DNA of 64,000 bases. Source: Escherichia coli. GTDB taxonomy: Bacteria > Pseudomonadota > Gammaproteobacteria > Enterobacterales > Enterobacteriaceae. The notes under the pieces are model-generated. The model was given only the letters and a program-made list of their open reading frames with translations. It was not told where the DNA came from and searched no databases. The DNA lies in NCBI RefSeq assembly GCF_003018115.1, contig NZ_CP027457.1; one strand, 5' to 3'. The translations under genes were made by a program, and so were the position numbers. Below, piece by piece: positions 1 through 11,248 of the stretch (position 1 is the first letter of the stretch; every line of letters starts with the position of its first letter).

Positions 1-91
1 GAATGGCGTGAATATTGGCGTCATCTTTTAAAAAGTTAGCCAGCGTTTCCGCCGCTTCGTTCAGTTCGTTACGAATAAGATCCTGGTACAT
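1..91 (-). CDS. gmhA: Phosphoheptose isomerase GmhA, N-terminal 30 codons only (gene continues beyond window start)
   Basis: Reverse-complement of 1..91 reads [30 protein letters not shown]..., the GmhA N-terminus as I recall it; AGGA Shine-Dalgarno upstream of ATG; divergent from fadE as in K-12. Confidence 0.8.
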
Positions 92-292
92 GAGGATATC
101 CTTCAGCATAAATGTAATAGACAAAATGCAGTGTACCGGATACCGCCAAAAGCGAGAAGTACGGGCAGGTGCTATGACCAGGACTTTTTGACCTGAAGTG
201 CGGATAAAAACAGCAACAATGTGAGCTTTGCTGTAATTATATTGTAAACACATTGCTAAATGTTTTTACATCCACTACAACCATATCATCAC

Positions 293-309
293 AAGTGGTC
301 AGACCTCCT
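293..309 (+). promoter_or_regulatory. Candidate FadR operator upstream of fadE
   Basis: AAGTGGTCAGACCTCCT resembles the FadR half-site pattern CTGGTC-N-GACC seen at fad regulon operators; lies 22 bp upstream of the fadE start. Confidence 0.6.
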
Positions 310-330
310 ACAAGTAAGGGGCTTTTCGTT

Positions 331-2775
331 ATGATGATTTTGAGTATTCTCGCTACGGTTGTCCTGCTCGGCGCGTTGTTCTATCACCGCGTGAGCTTAT
401 TTATCAGCAGTCTGATTTTGCTCGCCTGGACAGCCGCCCTCGGCGTTGCTGGTCTGTGGTCGGCGTGGGTACTGGTGCCTCTGGCCATTATCCTCGTGCC
501 ATTTAACTTTGCGCCTATGCGTAAGTCGATGATTTCCGCGCCGGTATTTCGCGGTTTCCGTAAGGTGATGCCGCCGATGTCGCGCACTGAGAAAGAAGCG
601 ATTGATGCGGGCACCACCTGGTGGGAGGGCGACTTGTTCCAGGGCAAGCCGGACTGGAAAAAGCTGCATAACTATCCGCAGCCGCGCCTGACGGCTGAAG
701 AGCAAGCGTTTCTCGACGGCCCGGTAGAAGAAGCCTGCCGGATGGCGAATGATTTCCAGATCACCCATGAACTGGCGGATCTGCCGCCAGAGTTGTGGGC
801 GTACCTTAAAGAGCATCGCTTCTTCGCGATGATCATCAAAAAAGAGTACGGCGGGCTGGAGTTCTCGGCTTATGCCCAGTCTCGTGTGCTGCAAAAACTC
901 TCCGGCGTGAGCGGGATCCTGGCGATTACCGTCGGCGTGCCGAACTCATTAGGCCCGGGCGAGCTGCTGCAACATTACGGCACTGACGAGCAGAAAGATC
1001 ACTATCTGCCGCGTCTGGCGCGTGGTCAGGAAATCCCTTGTTTTGCGCTAACCAGCCCGGAAGCGGGTTCCGATGCGGGCGCGATTCCGGACACCGGGAT
1101 TGTCTGCATGGGTGAATGGCAGGGCCAGCAGGTGCTGGGCATGCGACTGACCTGGAACAAACGCTACATTACGCTGGCACCGATTGCGACCGTGCTGGGT
1201 CTGGCGTTTAAACTCTCCGACCCGGAAAAATTACTCGGCGGTGCAGAAGATTTAGGCATTACCTGTGCGCTGATCCCGACCACCACGCCGGGCGTGGAAA
1301 TTGGTCGTCGCCACTTCCCGCTGAACGTACCGTTCCAGAACGGACCGACGCGCGGTAAAGATGTCTTCGTGCCGATCGATTACATCATCGGCGGGCCGAA
1401 AATGGCCGGGCAAGGCTGGCGGATGCTGGTGGAGTGCCTCTCGGTAGGCCGCGGCATCACACTGCCTTCCAACTCAACCGGCGGCGTGAAATCGGTAGCG
1501 CTGGCAACCGGCGCGTATGCTCACATTCGCCGTCAGTTCAAAATCTCTATCGGTAAGATGGAAGGGATTGAAGAGCCGCTGGCGCGTATTGCCGGGAACG
1601 CTTATGTAATGGATGCTGCGGCATCGCTGATTACCTACGGCATTATGCTCGGCGAAAAACCTGCCGTGCTGTCGGCTATCGTTAAGTATCACTGTACCCA
1701 CCGCGGGCAGCAGTCGATTATTGATGCGATGGATATTACTGGTGGCAAAGGCATTATGCTCGGGCAAAGCAACTTCCTGGCGCGTGCTTACCAGGGCGCA
1801 CCGATTGCCATCACCGTTGAAGGGGCTAACATTCTGACCCGCAGCATGATGATCTTCGGACAAGGAGCGATTCGTTGCCATCCGTACGTGCTGGAAGAGA
1901 TGGAAGCGGCGAAGAACAATGACGTCAACGCGTTCGATAAACTGTTGTTCAAACATATCGGTCACGTCGGTAGCAACAAAGTTCGCAGCTTCTGGCTGGG
2001 CCTGACGCGCGGTTTAACCAGCAGCACGCCAACCGGCGATGCCACTAAACGCTACTATCAGCACCTGAACCGCCTGAGCGCCAACCTCGCCCTGCTTTCT
2101 GATGTCTCGATGGCAGTGCTGGGCGGCAGCCTGAAACGTCGTGAGCGTATCTCGGCACGTCTGGGGGATATTTTAAGCCAGCTTTACCTCGCCTCTGCCG
2201 TTCTGAAGCGTTATGACGACGAAGGCCGTAATGAAGCCGATCTGCCGCTGGTGCACTGGGGCGTACAGGATGCGCTGTATCAGGCAGAACAGGCGATGGA
2301 CGATTTACTGCAAAACTTCCCGAACCGCGTGGTTGCCGGGCTGCTGAATGTGGTGATCTTCCCGACCGGACGTCATTATCTGGCACCGTCTGACAAGCTG
2401 GATCATAAAGTGGCGAAGATTTTACAAGTGCCGAACGCCACCCGTTCCCGCATTGGTCGCGGTCAGTACCTGACGCCGAGCGAGCATAACCCGGTTGGTT
2501 TACTGGAAGAGGCGCTGGTGGATGTGATTGCCGCCGACCCGATTCATCAGCGGATCTGTAAAGAGCTGGGTAAAAACCTGCCATTTACCCGTCTGGATGA
2601 ACTGGCGCACAACGCGCTGGCGAAGGGGCTGATTGATAAAGATGAAGCCGCTATTCTGGTGAAAGCTGAAGAAAGCCGTCTGCGCAGTATTAACGTTGAT
2701 GACTTTGATCCGGAAGAGATGGCGACGAAGCCGGTAAAGTTGCCGGAGAAAGTGCGGAAAGTTGAAGCCGCGTAA
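331..2775 (+). CDS. fadE: Acyl-CoA dehydrogenase FadE (814 aa)
   Basis: ORF 253..2775; true start taken at the [24 protein letters not shown] methionine (pos 331), giving the 814-aa length I recall for FadE. Confidence 0.95.
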   Translation: MMILSILATVVLLGALFYHRVSLFISSLILLAWTAALGVAGLWSAWVLVPLAIILVPFNFAPMRKSMISAPVFRGFRKVMPPMSRTEKEAIDAGTTWWEGDLFQGKPDWKKLHNYPQPRLTAEEQAFLDGPVEEACRMANDFQITHELADLPPELWAYLKEHRFFAMIIKKEYGGLEFSAYAQSRVLQKLSGVSGILAITVGVPNSLGPGELLQHYGTDEQKDHYLPRLARGQEIPCFALTSPEAGSDAGAIPDTGIVCMGEWQGQQVLGMRLTWNKRYITLAPIATVLGLAFKLSDPEKLLGGAEDLGITCALIPTTTPGVEIGRRHFPLNVPFQNGPTRGKDVFVPIDYIIGGPKMAGQGWRMLVECLSVGRGITLPSNSTGGVKSVALATGAYAHIRRQFKISIGKMEGIEEPLARIAGNAYVMDAAASLITYGIMLGEKPAVLSAIVKYHCTHRGQQSIIDAMDITGGKGIMLGQSNFLARAYQGAPIAITVEGANILTRSMMIFGQGAIRCHPYVLEEMEAAKNNDVNAFDKLLFKHIGHVGSNKVRSFWLGLTRGLTSSTPTGDATKRYYQHLNRLSANLALLSDVSMAVLGGSLKRRERISARLGDILSQLYLASAVLKRYDDEGRNEADLPLVHWGVQDALYQAEQAMDDLLQNFPNRVVAGLLNVVIFPTGRHYLAPSDKLDHKVAKILQVPNATRSRIGRGQYLTPSEHNPVGLLEEALVDVIAADPIHQRICKELGKNLPFTRLDELAHNALAKGLIDKDEAAILVKAEESRLRSINVDDFDPEEMATKPVKLPEKVRKVEAA

Positions 2776-2783
2776 TTGAATAA

Positions 2784-2808
2784 CGGAGCCGAAAGGCTCC
2801 GTTTCTTT
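2784..2808 (+). terminator. Intrinsic terminator after fadE
   Basis: CGGAGCC-GAAA-GGCTCCG hairpin followed by TTTCTTT. Confidence 0.7.
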
Positions 2809-2817
2809 ATCCGCTAA

Positions 2818-3291
2818 TTATTTAAAATTAAAGCCATCCGGATGGTTTTCCAGGCTGCCGGTCAACGCCGCGAACAGCACCGTTTTACCATCAATCGAAA
2901 GCGCATCGTTCACATTCAACCAGGTGAGTTTCTCTTGCGACGTTTTCTCATCAATAGTCGAGAACAGCCCCGTCATCTGATTAGATTTCTCGGACCACAT
3001 CACAGCGATACGTTGCGAGCCACAGTCATGCGGTTTGCACGCGCTCATCACCTGATACGTCTCATCTCCCAACGTTACGGTTTGTGCAGGGGTATAAGTA
3101 CCGCCTTTCATCACCCAGGCAGGCAGCTTATGCCCTTGCACCATCTGATTAAATGCAGCTTTGGTGGTTTCGCCCTTTGCAAGGCTGCTAATGGTTAAAT
3201 CATCCTGCGCCATTGCACTGGTGGCGATGACCAGTGCGGCGACTGTCGTTATTGCCTTAAACATCATTCCTCCCGAGCTTATCCTGCCCAT
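2818..3291 (-). CDS. ivy: Periplasmic inhibitor of vertebrate C-type lysozyme, Ivy
   Basis: 157-aa ORF with signal peptide and CKPHDC motif; matches Ivy in sequence and position next to fadE. Confidence 0.93.
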   Translation of the reverse strand: MGRISSGGMMFKAITTVAALVIATSAMAQDDLTISSLAKGETTKAAFNQMVQGHKLPAWVMKGGTYTPAQTVTLGDETYQVMSACKPHDCGSQRIAVMWSEKSNQMTGLFSTIDEKTSQEKLTWLNVNDALSIDGKTVLFAALTGSLENHPDGFNFK

Positions 3292-3444
3292 GTTATTAAC
3301 CTTCTAAAGCCTGGCGATAACACGATAATTTGCAAATCAGATATTTCCAATATCAGCATTTGTTATCAATTTATTCTGCGCTAAGGCAACTGCCTGATAA
3401 GGTGTTAAAGTTATAAAACCCTTCGCATAAAGGAGTTGTACACC

Positions 3445-4212
3445 GTGCCTGGTTTGAAGATTACGCTTTTGCAGCAACCACTGGTGTGGATGGATGGCCC
3501 TGCCAACCTGCGTCATTTTGATCGTCAACTGGAAGGTATTACCGGGCGCGATGTGATCGTTCTACCGGAGATGTTTACCAGCGGCTTTGCCATGGAAGCG
3601 GCAGCTTCGTCGCTAGCACAAGATGACGTAGTGAACTGGATGACAGCTAAGGCGCAGCAGTGCAATGCGCTGATTGCAGGCAGTGTTGCATTACAAACGG
3701 AGTCTGGTTCGGTTAACCGCTTTTTGCTGGTTGAGCCGGGCGGCACGGTACATTTTTATGATAAGCGTCATCTGTTCCGCATGGCAGATGAGCATCTACA
3801 TTATAAAGCGGGCAATGCGCGAGTGATTGTGGAATGGCGCGGCTGGCGTATTTTGCCGCTGGTGTGCTACGACTTACGTTTTCCTGTGTGGTCGCGCAAT
3901 CTCAACGATTATGACCTCGCCCTGTACGTCGCCAACTGGCCTGCTCCGCGCTCTCTGCACTGGCAGGCATTGCTGACGGCCCGCGCGATTGAGAATCAGG
4001 CGTATGTGGCGGGATGCAATCGCGTCGGCAGCGATGGCAACGGCTGCCATTATCGCGGTGACAGCCGGGTGATTAATCCACAGGGCGAGATTATCGCTAC
4101 TGCCGACGCGCATCAGGCAACGCGCATTGATGCGGAGCTGTCGATGGCGGTGTTAAGGGAATATCGCGATAAGTTTCCGGCATGGCGGGATGCGGATGAG
4201 TTTAGGTTGTAG
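3445..4212 (+). CDS. yafV: Carbon-nitrogen hydrolase family protein YafV (omega-amidase)
   Basis: ORF 3436..4212; likely GTG start at 3445 ([15 protein letters not shown]...) 9 nt after AAGGAG; nitrilase-fold residues. Confidence 0.9.
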   Translation: MPGLKITLLQQPLVWMDGPANLRHFDRQLEGITGRDVIVLPEMFTSGFAMEAAASSLAQDDVVNWMTAKAQQCNALIAGSVALQTESGSVNRFLLVEPGGTVHFYDKRHLFRMADEHLHYKAGNARVIVEWRGWRILPLVCYDLRFPVWSRNLNDYDLALYVANWPAPRSLHWQALLTARAIENQAYVAGCNRVGSDGNGCHYRGDSRVINPQGEIIATADAHQATRIDAELSMAVLREYRDKFPAWRDADEFRL

Positions 4213-4257
4213 TGAGTGGGTGTTGTGTTTAGGGCTGGGGAGAGTCGGGGAAGACTA

Positions 4258-4640
4258 CGAAAGCCCGCTCTCCTGCGACCACTTTTATCATAGGAGTGTG
4301 GAAGTGCTTTTCCATCAATCGCGATGACGTCTTTGTCATTTGATGAATGGCAGTCACGCATCCAGTTAATAAAGCACTCGTGAAATTTTGCAGGACTGAT
4401 ACAGGATACAACTCTGGCAATGGTATCGTGAACAGGAATACCATTTTCAAAATCACCATATTGCTTCAAAAAATCGAGATGTGTTTCCCCAAAATCCTCT
4501 ATATCTTCCCAACCTTCTGCACCAGAAATAACGGCACAAATAGTCAACAGTAGAATATCCGATAATTTATGTTCCACGTTCCAGGCTTGTCTGTAATCGG
4601 GGATAACAGAAATATGTTCCATCAATTTTTTAAGTTCCAT
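4258..4640 (-). pseudogene. Internally deleted ISAs1-family (H-repeat) transposase copy
   Basis: First ~115 codons are near-identical to the intact copy at 4686..5822 ([20 protein letters not shown]...), then the frame diverges; nucleotide comparison shows the 5' part joined directly to the last ~30 bp of the element. Confidence 0.8.
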
Positions 4641-4676
4641 TTTGTTCTCCTTAATTATGTAAGGAGTATTTGATCC

Positions 4677-5860
4677 AGGGCAAGATTACGAAAGCCCGCT
4701 CCCCGCAAGGACTGACGCCAGATAGTTTCTGTCCATGGCTGCTTTTCGCATCTTACGTCTTAACCCTGCCTTGAATACCTTATCATTCGTCAAAATATTA
4801 ATAGCAATGTGCCGTATCCCTGAAAATAATTCCGCTGCATTTCCTCTTCTTATTCTGCAGTCGTCTTCATTCATTACCACGTCCAGGCGCCAGTGCAGCT
4901 TATTTTCCACGTGCCAGTGATTTCGGTTCGCTGTGGCGAACTTCTCTGCAGTTAAATCAGCAGAGCTGATATAATATCTGACCGTCATTTCGGGTTCTTT
5001 CTTTTGTTCTGCTATTATTGACCGAAAGGAGACTGCCACGCATAATTTCTTCAGCCCTTTCCATTCAAACGTGAAATCAATAAGTTCATCAGGGACATCG
5101 CAAACAATATGAAGACGGATTTCTTCTCTGCCGTGACTCTTTTCACTGATTGCGTAACTGTCATGCTCTGGATTATTTAATTCTTTCAGCGGAAATTTTT
5201 CCTCAAAGGCTTTATTTAGCCGCCCCTGGTTTCCTTTTACCGCGAATAAATAATCACCTCCCTGTTTTTGTATCTTCTCTGCAATATCTTTCTGGCAACC
5301 CATCGCATCAGTTGTGATGATTTTTCCTTTAATATCCAGCATGTTAAGAAGTTCTGGGATAGCTGTAATCTCATTAGATTTCTCATCCGTCCTGATCTGT
5401 CCGATGACCAGACTGTGCATTGTTGAGAACGCACTAATGACATGAATCGCTCCCCTGCGGCGACTCTTGTCATAAGAGTGCCGGAGCGTTTTTCCATCAA
5501 TTGCAATGACGTCTTTATCATCTGAAGAATGGCAGTCACGCATCCAGTTAATAAAGCACTCGTGAAATTTTGCAGGACTGATACAGGATACAACTCTGGC
5601 AATGGTATCGTGAACAGGAATACCATTTTCAAAATCACCATATTGCTTCAAAAAATCGAGATGTGTTTCCCCAAAATCCTCTATATCTTCCCAACCCTCT
5701 GCACCAGAAATGACGGCACAAATAGTCAACAGTAGAATATCTGACAATTTATGTTCTACTTTCCAGGCTTGTCTGTAATCGGGGATAATAGAAATATGTT
5801 CCATCAGTTTTTTAAGTTCCATTTTGTTCTCCTTATTTATGCAAGGAGTATTTGATCATA
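4677..5860 (-). mobile_element. Intact H-repeat (H-rpt) element, ISAs1 family
   Basis: Ends inferred from the repeated terminal sequences shared with the truncated copy (gggcaagattacgaaagcccgc... at the 3' end; ccttatttatgcaaggagtatttgatc at the 5' end); abuts the truncated copy in tandem. Confidence 0.75.
4686..5822 (-). CDS. ISAs1-family transposase (H-repeat-associated protein, YhhI-like), 378 aa
   Basis: 378-aa ORF typical of Rhs-associated H-rpt proteins (conserved DAMGCQ and [14 protein letters not shown] segments). Confidence 0.88.
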   Translation of the reverse strand: MELKKLMEHISIIPDYRQAWKVEHKLSDILLLTICAVISGAEGWEDIEDFGETHLDFLKQYGDFENGIPVHDTIARVVSCISPAKFHECFINWMRDCHSSDDKDVIAIDGKTLRHSYDKSRRRGAIHVISAFSTMHSLVIGQIRTDEKSNEITAIPELLNMLDIKGKIITTDAMGCQKDIAEKIQKQGGDYLFAVKGNQGRLNKAFEEKFPLKELNNPEHDSYAISEKSHGREEIRLHIVCDVPDELIDFTFEWKGLKKLCVAVSFRSIIAEQKKEPEMTVRYYISSADLTAEKFATANRNHWHVENKLHWRLDVVMNEDDCRIRRGNAAELFSGIRHIAINILTNDKVFKAGLRRKMRKAAMDRNYLASVLAGSGLS

Positions 5861-6290
5861 TATAAGCTATGAAAAATAGTTTTAGGTAATAAGGAATATC
5901 TCAATTATTGAACATTTAGCGCGAATTATTTAGTACAAAAAGTGTACTTCTGATGACCTTTCCCTGCTCCAAAGTCTTCTAAAATCAACAATGTAGACTC
6001 TTAATTATATTTATCAACACAATAATCTATCCTATTACTATCTTGACAAGAGAGAACCGTTTTTTATTTAAATATATGATACACATCATTAAATATATAA
6101 CCATACTTTTTCATAAGGCAATCTAACTTAGCTCTTAAATCACCAAAACCCATCACACCATAACATCTAATAGCCATTGCCACACGTCACCATGGATTTA
6201 TTTCCACCTGCAATTACTTCGTCCTAACTTTAATTTAATCTCAAGAAGCATTAAGATCTCAATAGCGAGCTTAATACTTCTTGAATAATA

Positions 6291-6668
6291 TCACTCCTGA
6301 CCAAAATTTTTCCACACTAATGCATGAGACTTTGATTTGTCACCCAGAAATTTACTTACATCTTGCCAAAGTAAAGAATTGCTATCGGTCGCAGTGACTA
6401 TTGCCTCTATAAGCCCTGTAGCTACAACTGTGGCCAATTCATCATCAAGCGAGACCATACCATCTTCGACATGTTTAAATATTTTTTCTCTTTCAATATC
6501 CCCCATTTCATAAAAATTTTTTACAATCGTTTTTCCAACCTGAGAGAACAACATAACCACCGGTGGCGTTTCTGGATGCCAGTATTCATTAGCTAATGAG
6601 ACTGTCTCAGACAAAACAGTGGAAAATGATGCCATTTTTTCTATATAACTAGCAATATATTGGTTCAT
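6291..6668 (-). CDS. Candidate cognate immunity protein for the Rhs C-terminal toxin (cytoplasmic, 125 aa)
   Basis: Small ORF immediately downstream of rhs; its ATG overlaps the rhs stop (TAATG); no signal peptide; AT-rich like the toxin-encoding tail of rhs. Confidence 0.75.
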   Translation of the reverse strand: MNQYIASYIEKMASFSTVLSETVSLANEYWHPETPPVVMLFSQVGKTIVKNFYEMGDIEREKIFKHVEDGMVSLDDELATVVATGLIEAIVTATDSNSLLWQDVSKFLGDKSKSHALVWKNFGQE

Positions 6669-9600
6669 TACTTGCCTCCCAAAGCATTCTGTAAATCCTG
6701 AAGAACGTTTTCTGCTGCTGCTCGATCCCCTGGAGATGCTGTTGGATTCTTATCCAACCAATCCTGTAAAGCCCTTGTATAATCCTGTGCTTTCAATACA
6801 TGTCCTCTACCACCAACTTTTTCACCTGTGGCCAATTCATAACGAACAGCATCTGCTGTGCTTCCACTTCCTACTTTTGCATTTGGCCGATAAAGATCGT
6901 CTATAATATTTTTCAAATTTGAATCTGTAACGTCGGGTTTTCCCATTTTCTGTCGCAATTCATCTTTATACCGTTCATGCTGCATACGATCCCTTGCGCT
7001 ATTCTCATCTTCTGGTCCCCATCCTCCCGGGCTTCCCGTACTGCCGCCGGCCAGGCAGTTCTTCTCTTCATCCGTCAAATCCTTCCCAACATTCGGCTGA
7101 CTCCCTGACGAATTATCATTCTCATGTGGGCTATCTAAAGGACAACTACTGGTCCAGTAACACATTTCAGCCTGAGAATTTATTAACTGCCCATCGCTCA
7201 GAGCCTTCCCGGCACGCCCATCATTAGCGAGAAGGTCATATCCCATTGGCCCAGCGACCACAGCCATTGCTCCAAGAGCAGGGGCAGCAGACGCCATAGC
7301 CGCCGTGACTGCATCAAAAGTCGCCGCCCCACCCGAAAGTAACGCCCCCCCAAATTCTGTTCCTGTTACTGTTGTGGCAGAACCAAGAACCAGTGTCTCA
7401 CCAGACAACCCAAGAGGATCCCCCCGCTGCACCGGGTTCAGCGGATACGCATACAGGTTCCATCCCCCCTTCAGCCCAATGGGATCCTGGGTGATATAGC
7501 GTCCCTGCAACGGATCGTAGTACCGGTTCCGGTTATAGTACAGCCCCGACTCCTCATCATACTGCTGCCCCGGCAGACGGAGTGACTGTTGAAGGTGCTG
7601 CGCGCTGGTTTCGCCCAGCAGGTTTCCCCACTCGTCATACTCCCCCTGCCACGCCGTTTCCCCTTCCGGGCTGATGAGCGCCAGCGGCAGTCCCCGGTGG
7701 TCGCAGTGGTAAAGATGAAGTTTCCTCTCCGGGATGTATTCCGCCTCCAGCTGTGCGGCCATCTGCTCCGCCGTCAGCCCGCACTGCGCAAGCCATGCCT
7801 CACTCTCCGCACTCACCGCTCCCGCGCGCAGTTCCCGCTCCAGCCTCCCCAGCATCACCGACAGCTCCGCCGGTAGCGTCACACCCGTGTCCTCCTGCAA
7901 CACCTCCGCCAGGCTCCGGTGCCGCGCCTTCGCCTGTTCGCCATTCTCTGTTTCGATTCTCAGGAGCGGCGTGAAGCTCCCCGGCTGGTATACCGTCTGG
8001 ATACGCGTGGTGCCGGTCTGTATCGTCGTCAGCCTGTCACCGTCCCACCCGTACCATGTCACCTCCGGTTTACGCGACAGCGACATCCACCCCGTCAGGT
8101 CACGCTCCCGCCGCCATACCCGTTTTCCCGTCCGGCGGCCCAGCGGGTCATAGAGGTACCGGCTCTCCACCTGTGGTTCGCCGTGCTGTATCCGCGTGTA
8201 GAACACCAGGCGGTGCTGGCTGTCGTAGTGATAGTGGTGGGTGCGCTCGTCGTGCATCCGGATAACCCCTTCCGGGATACGGTCCGTCTTCTCCGCCAGC
8301 CTGCCGTATTCATCGTGGCGGTAGACATAGTGCGCATCCTCCGCGATGCGGTTATCCGGCCACGCCGTGAGCGTGCTGTCCGGGTGCAGTTCCGGGTCCG
8401 GCAGCCGGTTTCCTGCCGGGTCCGTCGCATACGGGATATCAATGTCCAGGTTCGCTGCCGTGGTGTGGACGCCCGTCAGCCTTCCCGTGCCGCTGTAACG
8501 GTACTCCCGGCTCTCCTGCGGGCCGCTGATGCGGATTAGCTGTCCGTTGTCGTTCCACGTATACTCACGGTCAAGCTGCGGAAGGTTCAGGTGCCTGCTC
8601 CGGAGCTGGCCGCTGGTATTCCAGGCGGTGGCAAGTTCATATGCCTCCCCGCCGAAGCTGCGGGCCGTCTCACGGTGCAGCCGGTCCCGCGTGTACTCGA
8701 CCAGCGGCGTTCCGCCCAGCTTCATCCCCGCAAGATAACCGCTGCCATACGTCAGCCACTCCACCGGCGGCAGACCGTCCGGCTCCTGACGGGTCGCCAG
8801 CCCCTGTTCGCTGTACGCATGCCCCGTCTCATGCTCCCACAGCATCTCCCCCGTCTCCGGGTTCTCCACCGTCTGCCGTTCGCCCGTCAGGCGGCCTTTA
8901 TCGTCATAGCCGTAGTGGACCGACACGCGGTGGCCTTCACTGGTATGGCTGAGGGTGGTTAACCACCCGTGCTCATCATACTGCCACTGCTCTGCCGGGT
9001 CGCCGTTCACCGTCCGGTGCGTGATGCGGTCCGACGCATCGTAGTGCCAGAGGGTGATAAGCCCCTCGTCTTCACTCTGCGTGAGTTTTCCGGTCAGGTC
9101 ATAGTGGTAACGTTGCGTCCGGCCGTCAAAACCGCGCTGTTCAGTCAGCCTGTCCACCGGGTCATACCGGAACGTGGACTGGCTGCCGTTCTCGTTGGTC
9201 AGCACGGTGATGCGCCCGGCAGCGTCATACCCCATGCTGCGCGTAAGACCGCCTTCCGTCACACTCACCGGACGCCCGTGTTTATCATATTCGATGGTGC
9301 TGCGTTTACCGTCCGGTGATATCGTTGCTGTCAGGTCGCCTGCGGCGCTGTACTCATAACGGATTTCACGCCCCTGCGCATCCTTCTGACTGACCAGTTG
9401 CCCACGCGGGTTATAACTGCTGTAAGTGCTGATGCCTTCCTCCCGGTGAACGGCGATTTGTTGACCGTACCAGTCATACTCATACCGCGTCGTGTACCCC
9501 GAGCAGTCCGTGAAGGCCCGAAGCTGACCGTACCGGTTTCGCGTTATTCTCCGCGTCACCCCGGTTCCGTCTTCCACCGCGCCGGGCAGGCTACTGCGGG

Positions 9601-11173
9601 GGGAGTCATAAAACCAGCGCGTAATGTTACCGTTGCGCGAGGTCTCTTCTGCCAGTCGGCCCTGACGGTCATATTTCCGGTTGCTGCGTAAACCATCCGG
9701 ATATGTCACTGAAGTCAGTTGCAACTGGCTGTTGTAACCATACCGTACCGTCCTGCCGTCCGGCAGTATCACTGAAGTCAGCTTTCCAGACGCCATATGC
9801 AGCCGGTACTCCGTCCGCCGCCCCGCCGCATCCGTCTGCGCCTTCAGCCTCCCCGCCTCATCATACTCGCTGCGGGTGATGCTCCCGTCCGCATGTTCCT
9901 TCTTCACCACACGCTTCAGGCCACCTTCGCCCTCCGTGTACAGCACCTCCCGCCGGTTCAGGCTGTCCGTGATGGTCACACGGTCCTGCCCGTACTCAAA
10001 GCGGTAGTCCAGCCCCTCCGGGTTGACCTGTTCTGTCACCCGACCGGTATCATCATACCGGTAGCGGCTCTCCGGCCTCCCTGCATAATGGTGCGCCACC
10101 ATCCGCCCGGCGTGCTGCACATCATAAGTAAACCCGCGCACCTGCGTCCCGCTGCGGTCATACACCGCCCGCAGTTCTCCGCTGGCCGTGTACGTGTAGC
10201 GCGCCAGCGGCGCAGTCGGCTGTTCATCCGGGTATGCCGGGTCGTGTGTCAGCCACACCGCCTCCAGCCGGATACCGTTATCGGCACCGTACTCTGTACC
10301 GGCGGGCAGCGTGTCGGGGAAAGCTGAAGAAAAGGAAGAAGAGGAAACAGAACGGGGACTGGCCGGGGAAGATAAGGAAGACTCGCGCTGTTTACGGAAG
10401 GCTTCCGCCCGCTGCGCCTGTGTGGTCAGCGCCAGGTGAAAACGGCGGCCCGCGCCGTCCGTCACCCCCGTCACCGCGCCCGCCACGTCACCCTCCGCCG
10501 CCCTGTGAAAGGCCAGCGTCCGACCAAAGCCATCCACCACGCCCGTCAGCACCCGGTATGCGGGCGGCTCCGGCGGCAGCACCTCGTCCGCCTCCGGCAC
10601 CCGCTCCGGCCAGCTGAGCACCAGCCACTGCCCGGTTGTGCTGACAGCCATCATATAGGTGTGTGGACTCAGACGGACCGCTTCCGGCAGCGCCCGCCAG
10701 AGCCGGGCCAGCGGGTGGCCTTTGTGTTGTTTCAGCACCCCACCCCTTGCCAGCCAGAGTGACTCGCTGCGGCTGTAGCTTATCTCGCCGGGAAACAGCG
10801 GCTCAAAGTGAATGCTCCTGCCGCCGTTGTCGTTGAGTATCAGTTCCCGCTCATGAATCTGTAAGCGGATATCAAAGGGGGCTTTCCAGCCGGGGCCAAA
10901 CACCCCCACCGGCGCGGGCGTCCTGGTCCGGTAACTGCTGTAGGCACGGGAAAGAATGAACGGCAGCGGGCCGGGCAGCGCAAGGTCCGTCTCGCCCGGC
11001 AGCACCTTCGCACCCAGTAGCGGGTTCACCGGGTTAGCATAGGTAATCCCTCCCGGACACACCGAGCAGGCCACTCCCGTCGGCGCACCTATCAGCACCC
11101 CCGCTGAACCCTGCACAATATCCAGTCCCTTGCGGGTCATATCACCCTGCCGCGCCGCCGGTTTTCCGCCCAT
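6668..11173 (-). CDS. rhs: PAAR-domain Rhs effector with variable C-terminal toxin domain (1501 aa)
   Basis: N-terminus [13 protein letters not shown]...[10 protein letters not shown] (PAAR-like); long YD/RHS repeat core; core-end motif [13 protein letters not shown] ~276 aa before the C-terminus; divergent, lower-GC C-terminal ~110 aa. Confidence 0.93.
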   Translation of the reverse strand: MGGKPAARQGDMTRKGLDIVQGSAGVLIGAPTGVACSVCPGGITYANPVNPLLGAKVLPGETDLALPGPLPFILSRAYSSYRTRTPAPVGVFGPGWKAPFDIRLQIHERELILNDNGGRSIHFEPLFPGEISYSRSESLWLARGGVLKQHKGHPLARLWRALPEAVRLSPHTYMMAVSTTGQWLVLSWPERVPEADEVLPPEPPAYRVLTGVVDGFGRTLAFHRAAEGDVAGAVTGVTDGAGRRFHLALTTQAQRAEAFRKQRESSLSSPASPRSVSSSSFSSAFPDTLPAGTEYGADNGIRLEAVWLTHDPAYPDEQPTAPLARYTYTASGELRAVYDRSGTQVRGFTYDVQHAGRMVAHHYAGRPESRYRYDDTGRVTEQVNPEGLDYRFEYGQDRVTITDSLNRREVLYTEGEGGLKRVVKKEHADGSITRSEYDEAGRLKAQTDAAGRRTEYRLHMASGKLTSVILPDGRTVRYGYNSQLQLTSVTYPDGLRSNRKYDRQGRLAEETSRNGNITRWFYDSPRSSLPGAVEDGTGVTRRITRNRYGQLRAFTDCSGYTTRYEYDWYGQQIAVHREEGISTYSSYNPRGQLVSQKDAQGREIRYEYSAAGDLTATISPDGKRSTIEYDKHGRPVSVTEGGLTRSMGYDAAGRITVLTNENGSQSTFRYDPVDRLTEQRGFDGRTQRYHYDLTGKLTQSEDEGLITLWHYDASDRITHRTVNGDPAEQWQYDEHGWLTTLSHTSEGHRVSVHYGYDDKGRLTGERQTVENPETGEMLWEHETGHAYSEQGLATRQEPDGLPPVEWLTYGSGYLAGMKLGGTPLVEYTRDRLHRETARSFGGEAYELATAWNTSGQLRSRHLNLPQLDREYTWNDNGQLIRISGPQESREYRYSGTGRLTGVHTTAANLDIDIPYATDPAGNRLPDPELHPDSTLTAWPDNRIAEDAHYVYRHDEYGRLAEKTDRIPEGVIRMHDERTHHYHYDSQHRLVFYTRIQHGEPQVESRYLYDPLGRRTGKRVWRRERDLTGWMSLSRKPEVTWYGWDGDRLTTIQTGTTRIQTVYQPGSFTPLLRIETENGEQAKARHRSLAEVLQEDTGVTLPAELSVMLGRLERELRAGAVSAESEAWLAQCGLTAEQMAAQLEAEYIPERKLHLYHCDHRGLPLALISPEGETAWQGEYDEWGNLLGETSAQHLQQSLRLPGQQYDEESGLYYNRNRYYDPLQGRYITQDPIGLKGGWNLYAYPLNPVQRGDPLGLSGETLVLGSATTVTGTEFGGALLSGGAATFDAVTAAMASAAPALGAMAVVAGPMGYDLLANDGRAGKALSDGQLINSQAEMCYWTSSCPLDSPHENDNSSGSQPNVGKDLTDEEKNCLAGGSTGSPGGWGPEDENSARDRMQHERYKDELRQKMGKPDVTDSNLKNIIDDLYRPNAKVGSGSTADAVRYELATGEKVGGRGHVLKAQDYTRALQDWLDKNPTASPGDRAAAENVLQDLQNALGGK

Positions 11174-11248
11174 GAATCAATTCCTTCTGCTTTTAATATG
11201 GTTTATCTGGTCACTGCACCAGTTCCGTTTTGATTTTTTGCGCCTGAC

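Noticed and set aside
3337-3746. ORFs 3337..3528 (minus) and 3525..3746 (minus) around the yafV start
   Set aside because: They overlap the yafV promoter and 5' coding region on the opposite strand; no RBS or conservation signal; yafV accounts for the region.
4347-5735. Duplicated 68-aa ORFs (4347..4553 and 5529..5735) and other ORFs antisense to the H-rpt transposase
   Set aside because: Their near-identity simply reflects the repeated IS sequence; they are antisense to the transposase frame and have no start context or domain features.
6994-10762. Numerous 60-200 aa ORFs on the plus strand inside the rhs gene (e.g. 7919..8539, 9797..10327, 10234..10617)
   Set aside because: They lie antisense to a long, well-supported Rhs ORF in high-GC repetitive DNA where stop codons are rare by chance; translations are low-complexity Pro/Arg/Ala-rich with no recognisable domains.
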